A stretch of DNA of 64,000 nt from Balanoglossus misakiensis (lineage: Eukaryota > Animalia > Hemichordata): the NCBI GenBank assembly GCA_040954595.2, contig CM082594.2, positions 4,387,319-4,451,318 of the forward strand. Reading direction: 5' to 3'. Below the pieces are notes generated by a model. It made no database searches and was not told the DNA's origin. It worked only from the letters and a program-made list of their open reading frames with translations. The position numbers were made by a program, and so were the translations under genes. Positions 41,019 to 54,800 of the stretch are shown here, in pieces (position 1 is the first letter of the stretch; each line of letters begins with the position of its first letter).

Positions 41019-44000
41019 AAAACAAAACAAAGAAATTTAAACCAACTTATATATCTCAAATGACACCAAGTGTTGACAAGAAGACAATAACAGTCAACGG
41101 ATGCGATTAAAAGCTGAATGCAGCTATACTGACTAAGACGGCAATTGAACAATAATAAACACAAACTAACATAAATTGTTTTTCTGAAGTATGATTTTCT
41201 GACTAATTAATAACAATATCACAACCTCTCTCTGTCTGTCTATCTGACTGTCAAGAATGTTGCATATATGCATTAATTTTTTATGAGACTTGGTATGATC
41301 CTCGCCAAACTTGCCAATATCCGTCATTACAGAATTTAAGAAAATTGCGTGCGTGCTAATCAGAGCCCGATCGACATTGAAAAAACACACCGTGTAACTT
41401 ACAACGCTCTGATCTTACATCAAAAAGCCCGTTCACAGCTAGGACTCAACCAAAGCACATTCGTGATGGCGCCCTCACCCCTTACTAACGAATATTTTTA
41501 GAAGAGTAAAATACCTGTCTGTATTTGACACATACAATTATTATACAGTCGTTCCCTTGCCGTTATGTATTACTTTGATGCGAGGCTTAATACACCTACG
41601 AGTTCTTTCTGATCATTGAAAAGGTGCGGCGATTATAAAGTATGCATTTACATGTATCTTATGTTTCAAAGGTTTGCTGAATTTAATAGCAAATTGTAGA
41701 ACACATCCGTGTCGGCACTGTTTCAAGTATGCATTCTGAAAACTCCATTTGCGGCAAGTGGCGTATATCTCCATTTTATGTGAAATCTTTCGAGGGTGCG
41801 CAGAAGCATCCTTGTAAGGAACGTACTATACATGACTATAATCATCAAGGTGTGAAGCTTGTGGTGTGCGCACGTTACTTCGCCAACACTCAAGGCACAT
41901 ATACTTCAGAATGAGAACCACAGAAAGACATCTCCGCGCAGGCGCTAGGCCGGCCAAGCTATATTTCTTACGGGCAGGGGTACCTCCCTCAAGGGAGATT
42001 TTACCCAGACCCAGGCTAACCAAGCTGTGCTGACCGGGATGTGAGAAAATGTGTGTCTTTAGAGTTGAACCGTATCTAGAATGTTCATTGCCTTCATCCG
42101 TACGTGCTTCAGCGCATCAGACAGCAAGCGATCATGTGATAGCAAAATTAAATATGATATTTGTTCTATTTCGATAGTACTTTGAATAGTATCATTACAT
42201 GTATTATAGCCGGTCTTTTCTTGGGTTCAACCAAGGGTACGCAGCCAGCCCACGCATCTAAAAACAAACGCTCTGCACGCTACCGGGTTTTACAGGTTCG
42301 ATTATCCCGGGTATTAAATTTAGCTCATGGTTGCGAGTTACTACTTCTGGAGCTAAATCAGGAAGTCTTACATGTCTTCCTGAGAATAACAGCGGTCTAT
42401 CATCTGACCAAAACCGCCATTGATTAATTGATTAATTCGTCTGGATACACTGTCGCTGTGTACCGTCTTGGGAGACTGCCCCCGCACACATGCTTTTCGA
42501 GTCGCTGCTGCTAAAACGCAGATAATTGCATTATAAAAGACAGAACAGCGGGCAACCAATATGGAGATACGTGTCTCCTACAAGGGAATTGACGGCACTC
42601 CCTTCGTACATAAACTAGGCGTAAGTACCTTCTGTCTCGACTAATGACTTGATGTATTCGACTGAAAATAAGCCGCCCGACCAAGTGTTATTTAGAATTC
42701 TTTCCTGTTCTGTCGCAGTGCATTACGTCAGCTCATTGGTCCGCGCGAGCGTACAAAGCATTGAGCTGCAGGCTTTTAACGTTAAATATAAAAAAATGAA
42801 AATAGAAGATATGGGAAGGGCGTTGCGGAGTGTAAATGTTACCCGCGGGAAGGAACTTGCAGCGTTGGCTTGTTATGATGCGATGATGCGGGTTAAGGGG
42901 GCAAAATCCTAGTCTCCTCGCATAAAGAATATATCGGAGTTTTTTTTATGTTGAAGGAGGCCGATATATGCCTTGTAGGCCTGTAAGGTGTAGCGCGCAA
43001 CGCTCACATTATTTTAAGCAAGAGGAAAGCCTGTCGCCAGTGACAACCATTTAGAATCGGGGTCGGTTAACTGTTGCCATGGGTACAGTATCTTCGTGGC
43101 CACGTGTACAAAATAAAGGGCGTTTTCATTTTAAGCAATGTTGTTTTGATACTAAGTTCATGACGACACATTTTGAAAAGGGTATATCTTGAAGAAGTTC
43201 ATGCAGTACCCGAGCCCTGCATGATATAGGGCAACTGTGAACATGGTCAATTGTGTGTATGGCGCCACTATCGACAAATTATAGTCTTCACTAGTTAGTG
43301 AAGGTCAATGCAGCCTCAGTTTGGATTTAAATTTGCGACTGCCTTCAGGGCGAAACTGTGCGATATGACATGAGTATGGAAAACGATTTGCGAGAGAGAA
43401 ATTCGAAAAGCTACGTGACAATCAGTGAAGGTATTACAATACCTCTCAGGGTTATGATATTAATAGGACTAGTGCGTGTATTTCAGTGCTTTTATTTGAA
43501 AATAACAATTATCCGATCGGTAGGTGCGTCACCTTGTAACAACTGACGTAAAGTCGGTATTGTTTACCTTTCAAACTACCTTCATTTTGAAGACTCGTTT
43601 TCCCTTTTGTCTCTAGGGGTGAAAAGAGTCAGATATCAAAATGTCTGATATACACCTCCGGTACCGGTTTTCAGAAAAACGATAGTCCTCCAATAAACCG
43701 CGCCAGTTCTTTTTGAACACAAAGAAGAAACCTGGGGTGTTCACCGTCTTGCTTTCATGATAATCGATACTTCAACGTTTCCCCACAGAGTAAACACAGA
43801 GATTGGCGGCCATTTTTAAATTTCAGATTTGAGGCAGTTTTGCTATCTCGTTCAAAATGTCTGCGACCGCCATTTTTCATTCTATATTTAAGAGAGAATA
43901 ATCGAAGATTGCCTTGAGCAATATATGAGAGAAAGTTAAGAGTCGACTTTCGAGGCGCATGCTGCATTTATGGGTGTACATTTACAGAACTGTAAGCCTT

Positions 44001-47000
44001 ACAGCAGCAGACGACACAGTCAAAATCCACAAAAATCATGCAGATATCAAGTTTTTTTCCAAGCGACAGGAAATGATATGATCTTCCACTGACTTCTTGA
44101 CTTCACCCTAGGACAAATCATTTATTCATATCAAATAACAGATAAGGAAAAGATTCATTTCATGCAACAGGAACTGGGATCTGCCACTGCACGATATTAC
44201 AAAAATACAGCATGACGTCACACACTGGTAGATTTCGCCTTTCCCAGAGTCCACCGCGCGCTTAAGACTTTTAAATCTTTACCTGACCATTAATCTACAT
44301 CATCTTCAAGAAGAATGATTGAAATGGACATGTCAAAAGCGCTGAACACGAAAAAGTTAACAGACAATATTAGCCAAATTTTAACACTACTATTATTAAG
44401 ACGTGCGTCTGTCGACTATGAGTATGCAATTTAGTTAAATATCAAAATTTACAAGGGAAAAACCAGTCGTTTAGCTTCATAATCATATACATAACACAGG
44501 CATTGCATAAAACATCTTCGCTATGCTCTTTCCGAAGCTTGCAGACAGAAAATGTTTCCAAAAAATCTGTTACATTGGAAAGGTATACACCTTACGGGGG
44601 AGATTCAGCTGGTAATAGACATCAATGTTGTTACTGGTTTGTAATCAATATGTACATGTATATTAAATTACCTAGTACATGTAATTCGGTATACCATTGA
44701 AGTACATGACACAGACCTTAAATGTACAAATCTTAGAGATCCACAAACGTTAAAGATCACATTTCTTAACCAACAGTCATCTACTTGTTAATTTTGACAT
44801 ATTGATCAGCCATTTTAAATCGACGCGTCTTAGATTACCGAATATGTCAACTGTAATTGACTTTTGACTTTGAATGGATGGCGCACCGGAACTTGAAACG
44901 TTTTGGAAACGAATGTAATCGCCCGATGTCTCTATCTTGGTCCAAAAGCTCATTCGTTCAAGTGGTGCAGTTCATACCACGATACCTAAATCCAAGATGG
45001 CGGCTTGTGACGTTATTTCATCAGTCGATGTACGTTGGTTCCGTAAGGCCGGCACGGTGTCGACTGTGTTCGTCGCTTACACTCGAGTGTTGGATGCCGA
45101 GGCTGTTGGTTTTTCTGACTTTTCAGGGTGTGATTCGAAAGCTTGCTCTGTGAGTCCACTCTGTCTGCTCTGTCCGCCTTTTGATTCGTCCGTTCCCTGC
45201 TGTCAGAAGAAAAAAATCCCGTCAAAATGTTTGTGAAAAGTAAAAATTTTCTTCAATTTGTTCCTTAATTTTGGGCCAAGTAGACTTAATTTTCCACTAG
45301 CTACATGTTTTGACCAAAATTTAAGAAAAAAAATATGGGAAAAGTTCGTATTCTCGTTAAAGCTTAATCCTGCAATGGACATCCATGCGTGCATCGACTT
45401 GCCATTTGTCGATCGCGACGCAAGAAGAAACGTTTTTCGAGTGAGATGATTTGTTGCCACCCAACGTACGGCGTGTATAAGGTAACCTTGCTCAAATAGA
45501 TGCCGACAAATATAACTGCTTCTCTACTCAAGTTGCGCGGCGTGAGAATATAATTTGATCGGGGTTTCTTTCGGTTTTCTTTGCTTTCGCGGGTGTAATC
45601 ACGACTGCATTTACGCATGTACGTCTTTGTGAACGGGAAAATTTGAATCAGATCTCCACTAAGCAGTTGGATAAGGCAAGGATAAGCTCACACGTCACAT
45701 GTATTTCCTTGAAACGTGACAGAATGTTTTACGAAAGGAAAATAGAGCTGATTGTTGAAAGTTTTTTGTCTGTGCGGCGAAACCAGGGAAAATGTAGTCC
45801 TCCCTCGTTTGATATCCACAAGTGAATTATTTACGACAATATATCAAAAGTAGACACAAAAACAAATTGCAGACATATCTCTGGCACTTGAGCAAGTCTT
45901 TTGACATATTTACATATTTATAGCGATTTCAAAAGCAAGATAATGAATCATGTATTAATGTTACTGGCTTACTCCGTGATGTCTGCCTGTTCCTCGTTTT
46001 CCCGCCTTCACGTCTTGGTAGTGAGATAAAACGATCAGAAGGCCATAAATCTAGGGAAAAAAGATATAAAACAAGTTTTTATGATTTGTGTTTTGCATAC
46101 ATTTGCATATATTACAATATTTGCATATGTTGATATGTTTTACTGGTACAGTCTGACGAGTCATGGTTGGCTGTGGGTGTTGTGAACGAACTGGAAAGCT
46201 TGACTACCGGACTCGCTTTTCAACGTTGTGGATGACAGTCTAAACATTCTCCTTAAAGATTATTAGACCCTTATTGCATTCGTACATATTTTATATCATC
46301 ATTTAATAGGCTGAGTTTAATATGTTCTTCTGATGCCATTTTACCTATAGCACTTACGACGCATAGATTCGTCACGACATTTAAAAACATTAAAAGTTAC
46401 TTCATTGAAATGAAATTTCAAGAACATTTGACGAGAATTGTGAGCTGGCAGGCTCAAAATATCGTTTCTACATTGTAAGTCCTCCTCGTCGATATACTTG
46501 TTTTCAACTGTATGTTGAAGTTTCGCAGAAAACCATCAGAACACCGTCTAATCGGTTTATCGCTAATCAGTTTGATAGAAAACTTTCTGGTGGCGCCGGC
46601 GTGCCGCTTCCAAACCATGCCGTGAAAACAGCGGCATTTCGGAGCGAGCCGCGCTGTTAAGTAGGTTTGAACGCATGACGACAAGATCCAAACAGCGTCA
46701 AAATTAATATTTCATCGCTCGCTAATCTTCAGGAAGCCTTGTGGTTTTTTCCTCGATAGTTCAACAGTAATCGGACGCCGGTGCCAGTCGAATTAATGAC
46801 AGTGAAGGCAGAATTACTCGGCGCGTCGGCAAACATAAATCGTTGCCAAGCATTTCGCTGTCGTCGATTTTTGTGAGGAACACGTTCAACGAGAAACGAA
46901 CCGTGACAAATCGTGATAGTTGAGTTTGTTTTCGGTTGGATTTGCTCATTTGCACATCACCTATCTTCCTTCAGACAACTTACCATGAAATTGAAGTTGG

Positions 47001-47184
47001 CGCATTTCGCCCCCACCCAGAGCGTGTTCACATGATATACGCGCACACTGTAGCACACATACATATTTATACATTATACATAACGTATACATGTATTAGT
47101 ATCATTATATACACGAAGCACCACATTGCTATTTAAATATTCAGTGGCTTTGTGACACCATGTACCGTCAGGTGAAAAAAAGAC

Positions 47185-47243
47185 GGACGGACGCACAGGC
47201 AGACAGACAGGCAGGCAGACATGCAGACAGACAGACAGACAGG

Positions 47244-47288
<45 letters not shown>

Positions 47289-47289
47289 G

Positions 47290-47381
<92 letters not shown>
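47185..47381. repeat. Compound (GACA)/(TAGA)n microsatellite
   Basis: Directly visible. Confidence 0.96.
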
Positions 47382-50300
47382 CTTACATTAAAACAGCTTG
47401 TGACAATCCAGAGGCCGAGATATACAAGAGAAAAAATTGAAAACCTCTGTAGGATGAAATGAAACCAGAAATATCATTATTCATAAGAACCCTGACAAAT
47501 AGATCATTTTCCAAAGTCCACGAGACCCTACGAGATCTCGCGTGGGTATGCAAATTATATGGGAGTACGTACATTCTCATTTGACTCAGAACAAACAACA
47601 CATGGTCCATCGCGTTCAACTGCGCACAGAAGTTAAAATTTGTGTTGAACCTATTCTAGTTTCATACAGAGCTTCACTTGTATTACTTGGCTACGACCGG
47701 TTGCTATCGCGGTAATTATCCAAAGTGCGCGAGCTCTAACAGTGAGCGGAAAATCATCTTTTGAACGCATGATCGCGCGGCTGATGAATCAAATTTTACA
47801 ATATCGTACGCACTCGCGGGAACAAGACTGGTGTAGACGGCAAAACGGTGCTGTTTCAATCAATTTTATCAGCGTGTGAACAAACGTCGAAGACCCTCAG
47901 TGACGATCAACGGTCTCAATTGATGTTCACCTTCAATCCGCATACGCACCTTGAAGGTTTTCACTGAAGTCATGAACAAACTGTCCTTCAATTCGACTTT
48001 GCCTTTTAACACGGTAAACGCGGCGACTTGTGAGAATTTTCCCCCTTGATTATTTTTTATGTAGGTCTTGATATTTGAATTGACAACGGCGCCGCAACTG
48101 ATGAACGTTACAGCATCATTCTGGAAATAAAACTACCTATTGTCGCTGATATGATCCATCAGGGATCACTAGTAATCGTCTCAACAAGAGACCCGGTTTT
48201 CCCTGGATGCATAGCGTCTTACGTCATAGGGATATGTTCACTTCCGGTTGTCAAAAATGGCAGCCGACATGTGCAGTTGGTCGTTGGGTCAAGTTGTCAC
48301 CGGGTGTCGTACAAGTATTTGAGTAAGGTTTAACTTTTTGCCAAACTTCGGAGTTTTATGTGAAGTTGAACATATCAGCGCGGTTGTGAAGAAGGTAGTT
48401 AATTGTTCTTTTTCATATTTGATCATTGCAGATACACGTACTACCAAATCATGCAGAACACCAGGATTCCTCGACAGCCCGTATGGACGTCGCGATGGAT
48501 GCAATGCAAGTACATGTAAGTCATGCCTTTTAATTTTTAGATGGTCAGCATAAACGTTTGTGTTGTAGCAATCAAACATTACATTCAGGGCTATAGTGAC
48601 ATTGTATGTTGGCTGTGCTGGGGAGTCTTTTGGAGGCCAGTTCTCCCGGCCACCTGTGCTTTTCGACCAGCGCTTGCATCATTCAGTGATGCTCTGGACC
48701 GGAAGTAAACATAATCCTGGCGCGCGCGTGAGGCATCGCGGGACATTTTTAAGAACCGGTGACGGAAAATTGAACGCATCAAGGTGCAAATGACACCACG
48801 ACCGACGAAAAATTGTACTTTCACGTACGGTTACTTATCAGAGTTTGAAAACTTCGTTTTTCTTGGCACCTTGTAAAGGCACTAAGAAACCCGTATGGAC
48901 ATTTCTGACTGCACGCTTATCCATAGCCCTGGCAGAAAGCAACTTTCACCATGATAAAAGAACACGCTTTGCCGCATGGAGCTAGCCACAAATGCTGTAG
49001 CTCTAAGAATAAAATTGCCCAGGGATCGAAGTAAATAGGGAAATTACTTTACATCGTGACGTCATTGCTCGACAGTGGGAGGTGAAAGGGAGACAGATGT
49101 TAAGTAAAAACCGGCGGTTTAGTCGTGCCTCGGCACCGCAAAATCCTATTTGGCGGGTCAAGGGGGTATTCATTTAACATAGCCAAGATCTAATTGCACT
49201 TATCGGTACGCATCTAGCACTATGTGTTACGTGCTCACTATGTGTCACGTGCTCACACATTCTCAACCAATCAGTGCCCAGGATCGTTTGCATTGCGAGT
49301 CTCGACCAAGCTGGTGGTGTATATGTAATCAAATCTGGGGGATGGATCGGTCATGCGTCTATCTCATCTCACTCCTATACGTCTAATGCAGATTTGCACC
49401 GGGGCACCACGGACATGCCCCGAGGAATATTCCCCTGTTGGTAGCTCATGATGATGCCGTGCGTATTGGCGCCATTGTGTTTCGAGTCCAGTTGGCAAAA
49501 TGTCTGCAGTCGACAACCACACCATATGAATTGCAGAAATGTGGTCCGGTTTATTGTTTGTTAACTTCTGAGTTGTAGATTTATTCCTTCCTAATGTGTT
49601 AGATGCGGCGTTTTACTTTACAGGCGTATAGGGAACTGGGGAGGTGGTTAGGTGCCGGACCATGTCCCTTGCTTTAAAAAGTTTAAATATTAAATATTTT
49701 AATCATTCACCAGTTTTCATGATGACATGCCCAATTTTCGCCAACTCTGCCTCATAGATCGGTACATGTCACCCAACTAAAGTAATTCTTTATTGCCCCC
49801 TCCCGCTGTTGTTTTGTTCCCTTCGGGTGTTTCAAGTGGCGGACCCGTTCATCAATATTATCAGCGAGCAAAACAGTGCAAGTCAATGACTTCACGACCG
49901 CCTGAAGTGTTGTAGGCTAAAATCGACTTTCCTGTTCGACCTTGTGCTAATTGAAATATTTGATTCGAATGTTTAAATCGAGTTGCCTCAAAAACACTGA
50001 GTGCACCGCGGGTCTGCGGCACACGTTTCCAGCAAAATAACAAGATTAGCTAAACATCATTCCAGTAATAGGTTTATTATGCCTGTGGGACATCGACCTG
50101 TACACGAGGACGTGTCCCCTCGATTGAATTAAACTCTGTGGCAGACAGGATTGGCCGAGTCAGTTGCGAAGCTCGATTTTTCTTGCGGCTATTCTACCGC
50201 ACTGGAGTTAATCAATAACAAATACCTTGTCAAATGTATCATCCAGAAACTGTCTATATAAACGCCTGTTGTTGTTTTTTTTTAACTCGGATTGTGAATT

Positions 50301-50952
50301 TGGTGAATGACTAGGTTTATATCATAATGATGTCGTTCATAATTCCCCTTATGAACTTTGATATAATGAATACTTATATACACAAAACTAGACATAAACG
50401 AAAATAAATATATTAATATGAATGGTAAGATAATACCTTATGGTAAATTTATAACCTGAGTAGGAGACATCCATATGTCAGAACTCGAATATGCTGAACT
50501 TTCTAATGAAACATCTGACATTCAAATTTCTTACAAACAAACTCAAGGGGTTCGATGAACAGGTTTCTTGATTAATGGGTTTCATGGATCAGTGGTTTTG
50601 AACAGGCAGTCTGCATGTTTCTGGCTGAGACGCGGTGCCCAAGGCACCAGGCCGAGCAGTTGTTTTAGATGGCACTAATGTCCGTAGACAATCCCCCGTA
50701 TATTGTCATATGCCAATCTTTTTATCAAGGTACCAAAGAAAAGAAAAATTGTCTAAGTCAAAATGGACTGGCCGGTTGGTGCTCTGAGGTTAGATTCGAA
50801 ATCCTTTACCCGTACGTTACCATGGCAAAGAGCAAACGAAATCCAAGATGACATTAATTCTACAAATGATAATGCAACGTGTACCTTCTGACTTCATTTT
50901 CGTCGCGCCCTGAGGGTACGCTGTGTCAGGTACCTGGCGTGGGACTACTTAC

Positions 50953-51489
50953 CGCTGCAAGTAACACTATGACAACCACGAGTGTTGATATTACTGTCAC
51001 GATAATACACAGCATCCAGGGTAGGAACAGTACAGCAATATCCTGGAATAAAACCACAAGAACAAAGATCTGATTTTTGCCAATCTATGGCTATGTACCG
51101 GACTGTGTTACCAATTTTAGCAAAATAATTCTTAATCCATCCTGTAGCCAAAGATATGACGAAAACGTGATCCTGTCCAAAAGGTCTATGTTGTTTAATA
51201 TTATGCTAAACTTTCTTTTGCTATTAGTAGAAACAGTAGTAGAAACGCTTGTTATAATGCCCAGACTGTCAACTAGAAAGACTACACTGTCAATCGCAGG
51301 TTCTCGTACAAACCTCAACACTGCTAATTTGTTTAAAATACATGTATTGAAATTCTTTGGCGTGGCAATACAAAACTACGGTGTGAGGTTCCCCAGTTCT
51401 TACCTTCAGTATCCCAAACAGCAATACAATGGAGGTGGTGAATACGGCTGCAAACACGACAGCGTAGACAATGAGGCAAATGTATCCAA
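50953..51489 (-). CDS. Two internal exons of a multi-pass membrane protein resembling LAPTM4/5-like tetraspan proteins
   Basis: Exons 51489-51404 (VGYICLIVYAVVFAAVFTTSIVLLFGILK, donor gtaaga) and 51042-50953 (DIAVLFLPWMLCIIVTVISTLVVVIVLLAA, donor gtaagt) join in phase 0. The LLFG..K....LFLPW pattern resembles TM2-TM3 of this family. Other exons were not resolved. Confidence 0.55.
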
Positions 51490-51536
51490 CTGTGAATGAA
51501 AGGTGTACACAATGTAATGTATATGCATACAATAAC

Positions 51537-51537
<1 letters not shown>

Positions 51538-51567
<30 letters not shown>

Positions 51568-51814
51568 TGTATGTATGTATGTATGTATGTATGTATGTAT
51601 GTATGTATGTATGTATGTATGTATGTATGTATGTATGTATGTATGTATGTATGTATGTATGTATGTATGTATGTATGTATGTATGTATGTATGTATGTAT
51701 GTATGTATGTATGTATGTATGTATGTATGTATGTATGTATGTATGTATGTATGTATGTATGTATGTATGTATGTATGTATGTATGTTTGTATGCATGTAC
51801 GCATGTATGCATGT
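51538..51814. repeat. (TATG)n microsatellite
   Basis: Directly visible. Confidence 0.97.
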
Positions 51815-54800
51815 ATAGTCTATGCGCAGTGGCGGTGTGATATTGCCCATTTATTATTGATTAGTATAATTTTCATATTTTGTCCTTCAGGCAGGTTGTA
51901 CTGAAGACGATTAACATAGGCAGACAGGCGGTGAATTTTTCTTTGGTTAATGCTGCATTATTCAGTGGAATTGTTTGGGGCAAAGCTTTTAGGATAACGT
52001 ATCCGAGGATGTGTCTCTTTTGATTCACAGAAAACAATACGAGTAAAATTGCACCAAATGTCGCAGTTAGGTCTATTACAGGTTTAGGCTTAAAACATTA
52101 GGAATGCGACATAATCGTGATTATCAGAACATGTTAAGCATTTTTCCATTGGATATTTAAGGCAATGTGATACAACACTTCCAGTGTTTGTGGGTGTCGA
52201 AGGAATTATGCATTGGTGTCGCTGAGGGAAATTAAGTTCTGATAATATTCCCGAAAGTCCTAGGTTACATTCAGATTGCCACTTGTTCCCATGCCTATAA
52301 CCGTAATATAGATTTTCATTCCCGGATCATCGCCCAGACCCTCTCAATTTCCAAAGCAATCTTTGAAAGCTCTCTGATGCGTATATGCAGTAACCGCTCT
52401 AATCAATTATCAAGTACCCATATAGGCAAGTATCGTGTGCACGTATACACATGGCCTGCCATTATTCAAAACACCTTCGCTCATTACTTCAGCGCGCCTC
52501 TGTCTGTTATTGCTGGCCTGCGTTGTGCCACAAAACGACAGTTTCTTGCTGTATTTATTTATTTATGCCAAGTGTGCAGTTGGTGAACACGGTTATACTA
52601 ACATTTGTGTAAGCGCCATGTAGTTGTTAAAGGTATACGGTCACCTATAGAAAATTAGCTATAGTTACCATTGCAAATTGAGATCTATAGCCAATCACAG
52701 GTTTTCAGTGGGTGGCACACGCGAAAAAAAGAGCGCCACCATATGTTCTTTAGAACGCTCAAATACGCCATTTCAGCCATATATGGGCGTATGTAAATTG
52801 GAGGTGACTGTATACCTTTAACATTAAAAGTGATAGTTATACGTATAAAGGCTCTGATGTTAGTCTGAACATTGGTCATGTCAACATGGGGTGGGGGCGG
52901 TAATGTATACTGACAAAATGCATGCTAATACTGAAACTAATATGAAAAGTTTAAAGTTTCCCCAAAGCTGAAGGGAGAGATTTTAGAAAAAAGTTCTTCC
53001 TATCGACCACGCAAGTCGATTTCCCCCATGCGCCTGCATTAGTTATACTAGTAATGCGATTATGGTGGGTTTCTCGCGGATGGATATACCGGATTGTTTT
53101 ATAGATGCCCACGCGCAGATCTATGATTATTGATGAGACCATGTCGATATTACCGGTAACAGCTTACTTGCCCTTATTCCGAGGGGCTGTATATCAAGTC
53201 ACTCAGTTGTTCTTGCATTTATAGGCAATTCAATAATTGGTGACTAGATATAGCGAGAAAAATAGAAGCTTCGCTTTTTTGGTGTCTAAGATGATGTAAC
53301 AAGTGGCATGTTTTTCTTTCACGAGCGCGGATAAATTTTATGCCTCGCATCCTTCATAATTGTCTCATTCAATTCCAAACTCAATGCACTTTCCGACTCT
53401 TATTTCGGGTCAGTTTTGTAGGCGAAGCCATAGCTCCATTTTCTCCGTCTCGATCATTCAAAATGTGTAACTACACAGTAGACAAGACGAATTTTGGCGC
53501 CGTCGATAGTTTACCTGTAAAATGAGGAGCGGTATGTCCTTGTACATAGCCTGATATTTTACGCTGATCTCAATACACTTTGATCTTGCTCACATATAAT
53601 TCAGGAATGTCCAAAAATTTATTATGCATGCGACAAAAACATTATGCTAAATCTACCTACCTGGCGTGTAGAAACCGAAGACGATTAGTAAGACATTCAG
53701 GGTTGCTTCGAGGCAGGATAAAATCTAAAAAGATTAAAATAAAAACCCAGGTGTTAATATCACACGACTACGGATATTGCAACGTATCAGATTATGGTTC
53801 TGAATTTGATACCGAAATACCAAGTAACCGTAAATCCAATAGCTAAAGCAACATGTACTTAGAATTTGATAGTTTCCATTTCATAATTGCCCATCTATAG
53901 TGAACAACTGAGTCCAACATGCGTGCAACGTTTAGTAAAGTCTGGACGATGGCACCGACTTTTCACTGTTTTAATCATTCCCATGCTGTTGGATCGCATG
54001 AAGGAGATTGTTGGAACGCAACGACGGTGATAATTAACCTGTGTTAACTCGAGAGACGTTTCCAAAGTGTTAGTAATCAATTGTACACGTTTTCTCGTGT
54101 TGAGAAGCCCTATAGCTGGGATTTGTATGCCATCTAGAATTTCGGTGCTGCATGTAGACTCGATTACATTCAGAACACCAGTATCGTGTTATTAAGAACA
54201 CCTGATATGTATTGCTGTCCAGCATGTTGGGGGACAAGGGTGCGTGTATATAGTGTGGAGAACTTAGCAGGAGTAATGACCAGAGCATGCGGTAGTCTAT
54301 AAAGAAGGGAGTGTGTACATTTGCAGTGAGTTGCCTATGATCAGACATGTACGGAGGATCATTTTGAGCGTTTGAAATGACAGGATATATTTTTTGCATC
54401 TCTTTGTAACTAGTATATAGTAGGCTGAGCCGAGTGTATTGGTTTGTGGAGTAATTGTGATAGCTTTTGCGCGTAACCTCAAATCTCTTTAGTACCAAAT
54501 TGTGGTCTATGAAAACACATCTGCAGAAAATCAACTTCGCTTCAGTAGCTACCGTCTGAAGTAAATGTCTCATATACGTATAGCTACATTTTCAGTGTTT
54601 GGCATTTTCACCAGGCCATCAATTATTTACCGCCGGCTGTCTCTCTTCCGTCTTCATCTTTTGACTATCCTGCGAGCGTGCATATATTGTGCAAACTCAA
54701 AGCCGCGTCTGTGTCGCCATAATCATAATCATTGGCTTTCGGAATCGGTGAAAAGTGTAACATTCTCTTTGAGATTCCAAAATGGCGTGGATAATGCGTC

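Noticed and set aside
43605-44118. Imperfect inverted repeats TTTGTC(T)CTAGGG(G)TGAA...AGTCAG bounding about 500 bp
   Set aside because: Probably an old MITE, but the IRs are degenerate and no TSD is visible, so it is not called.
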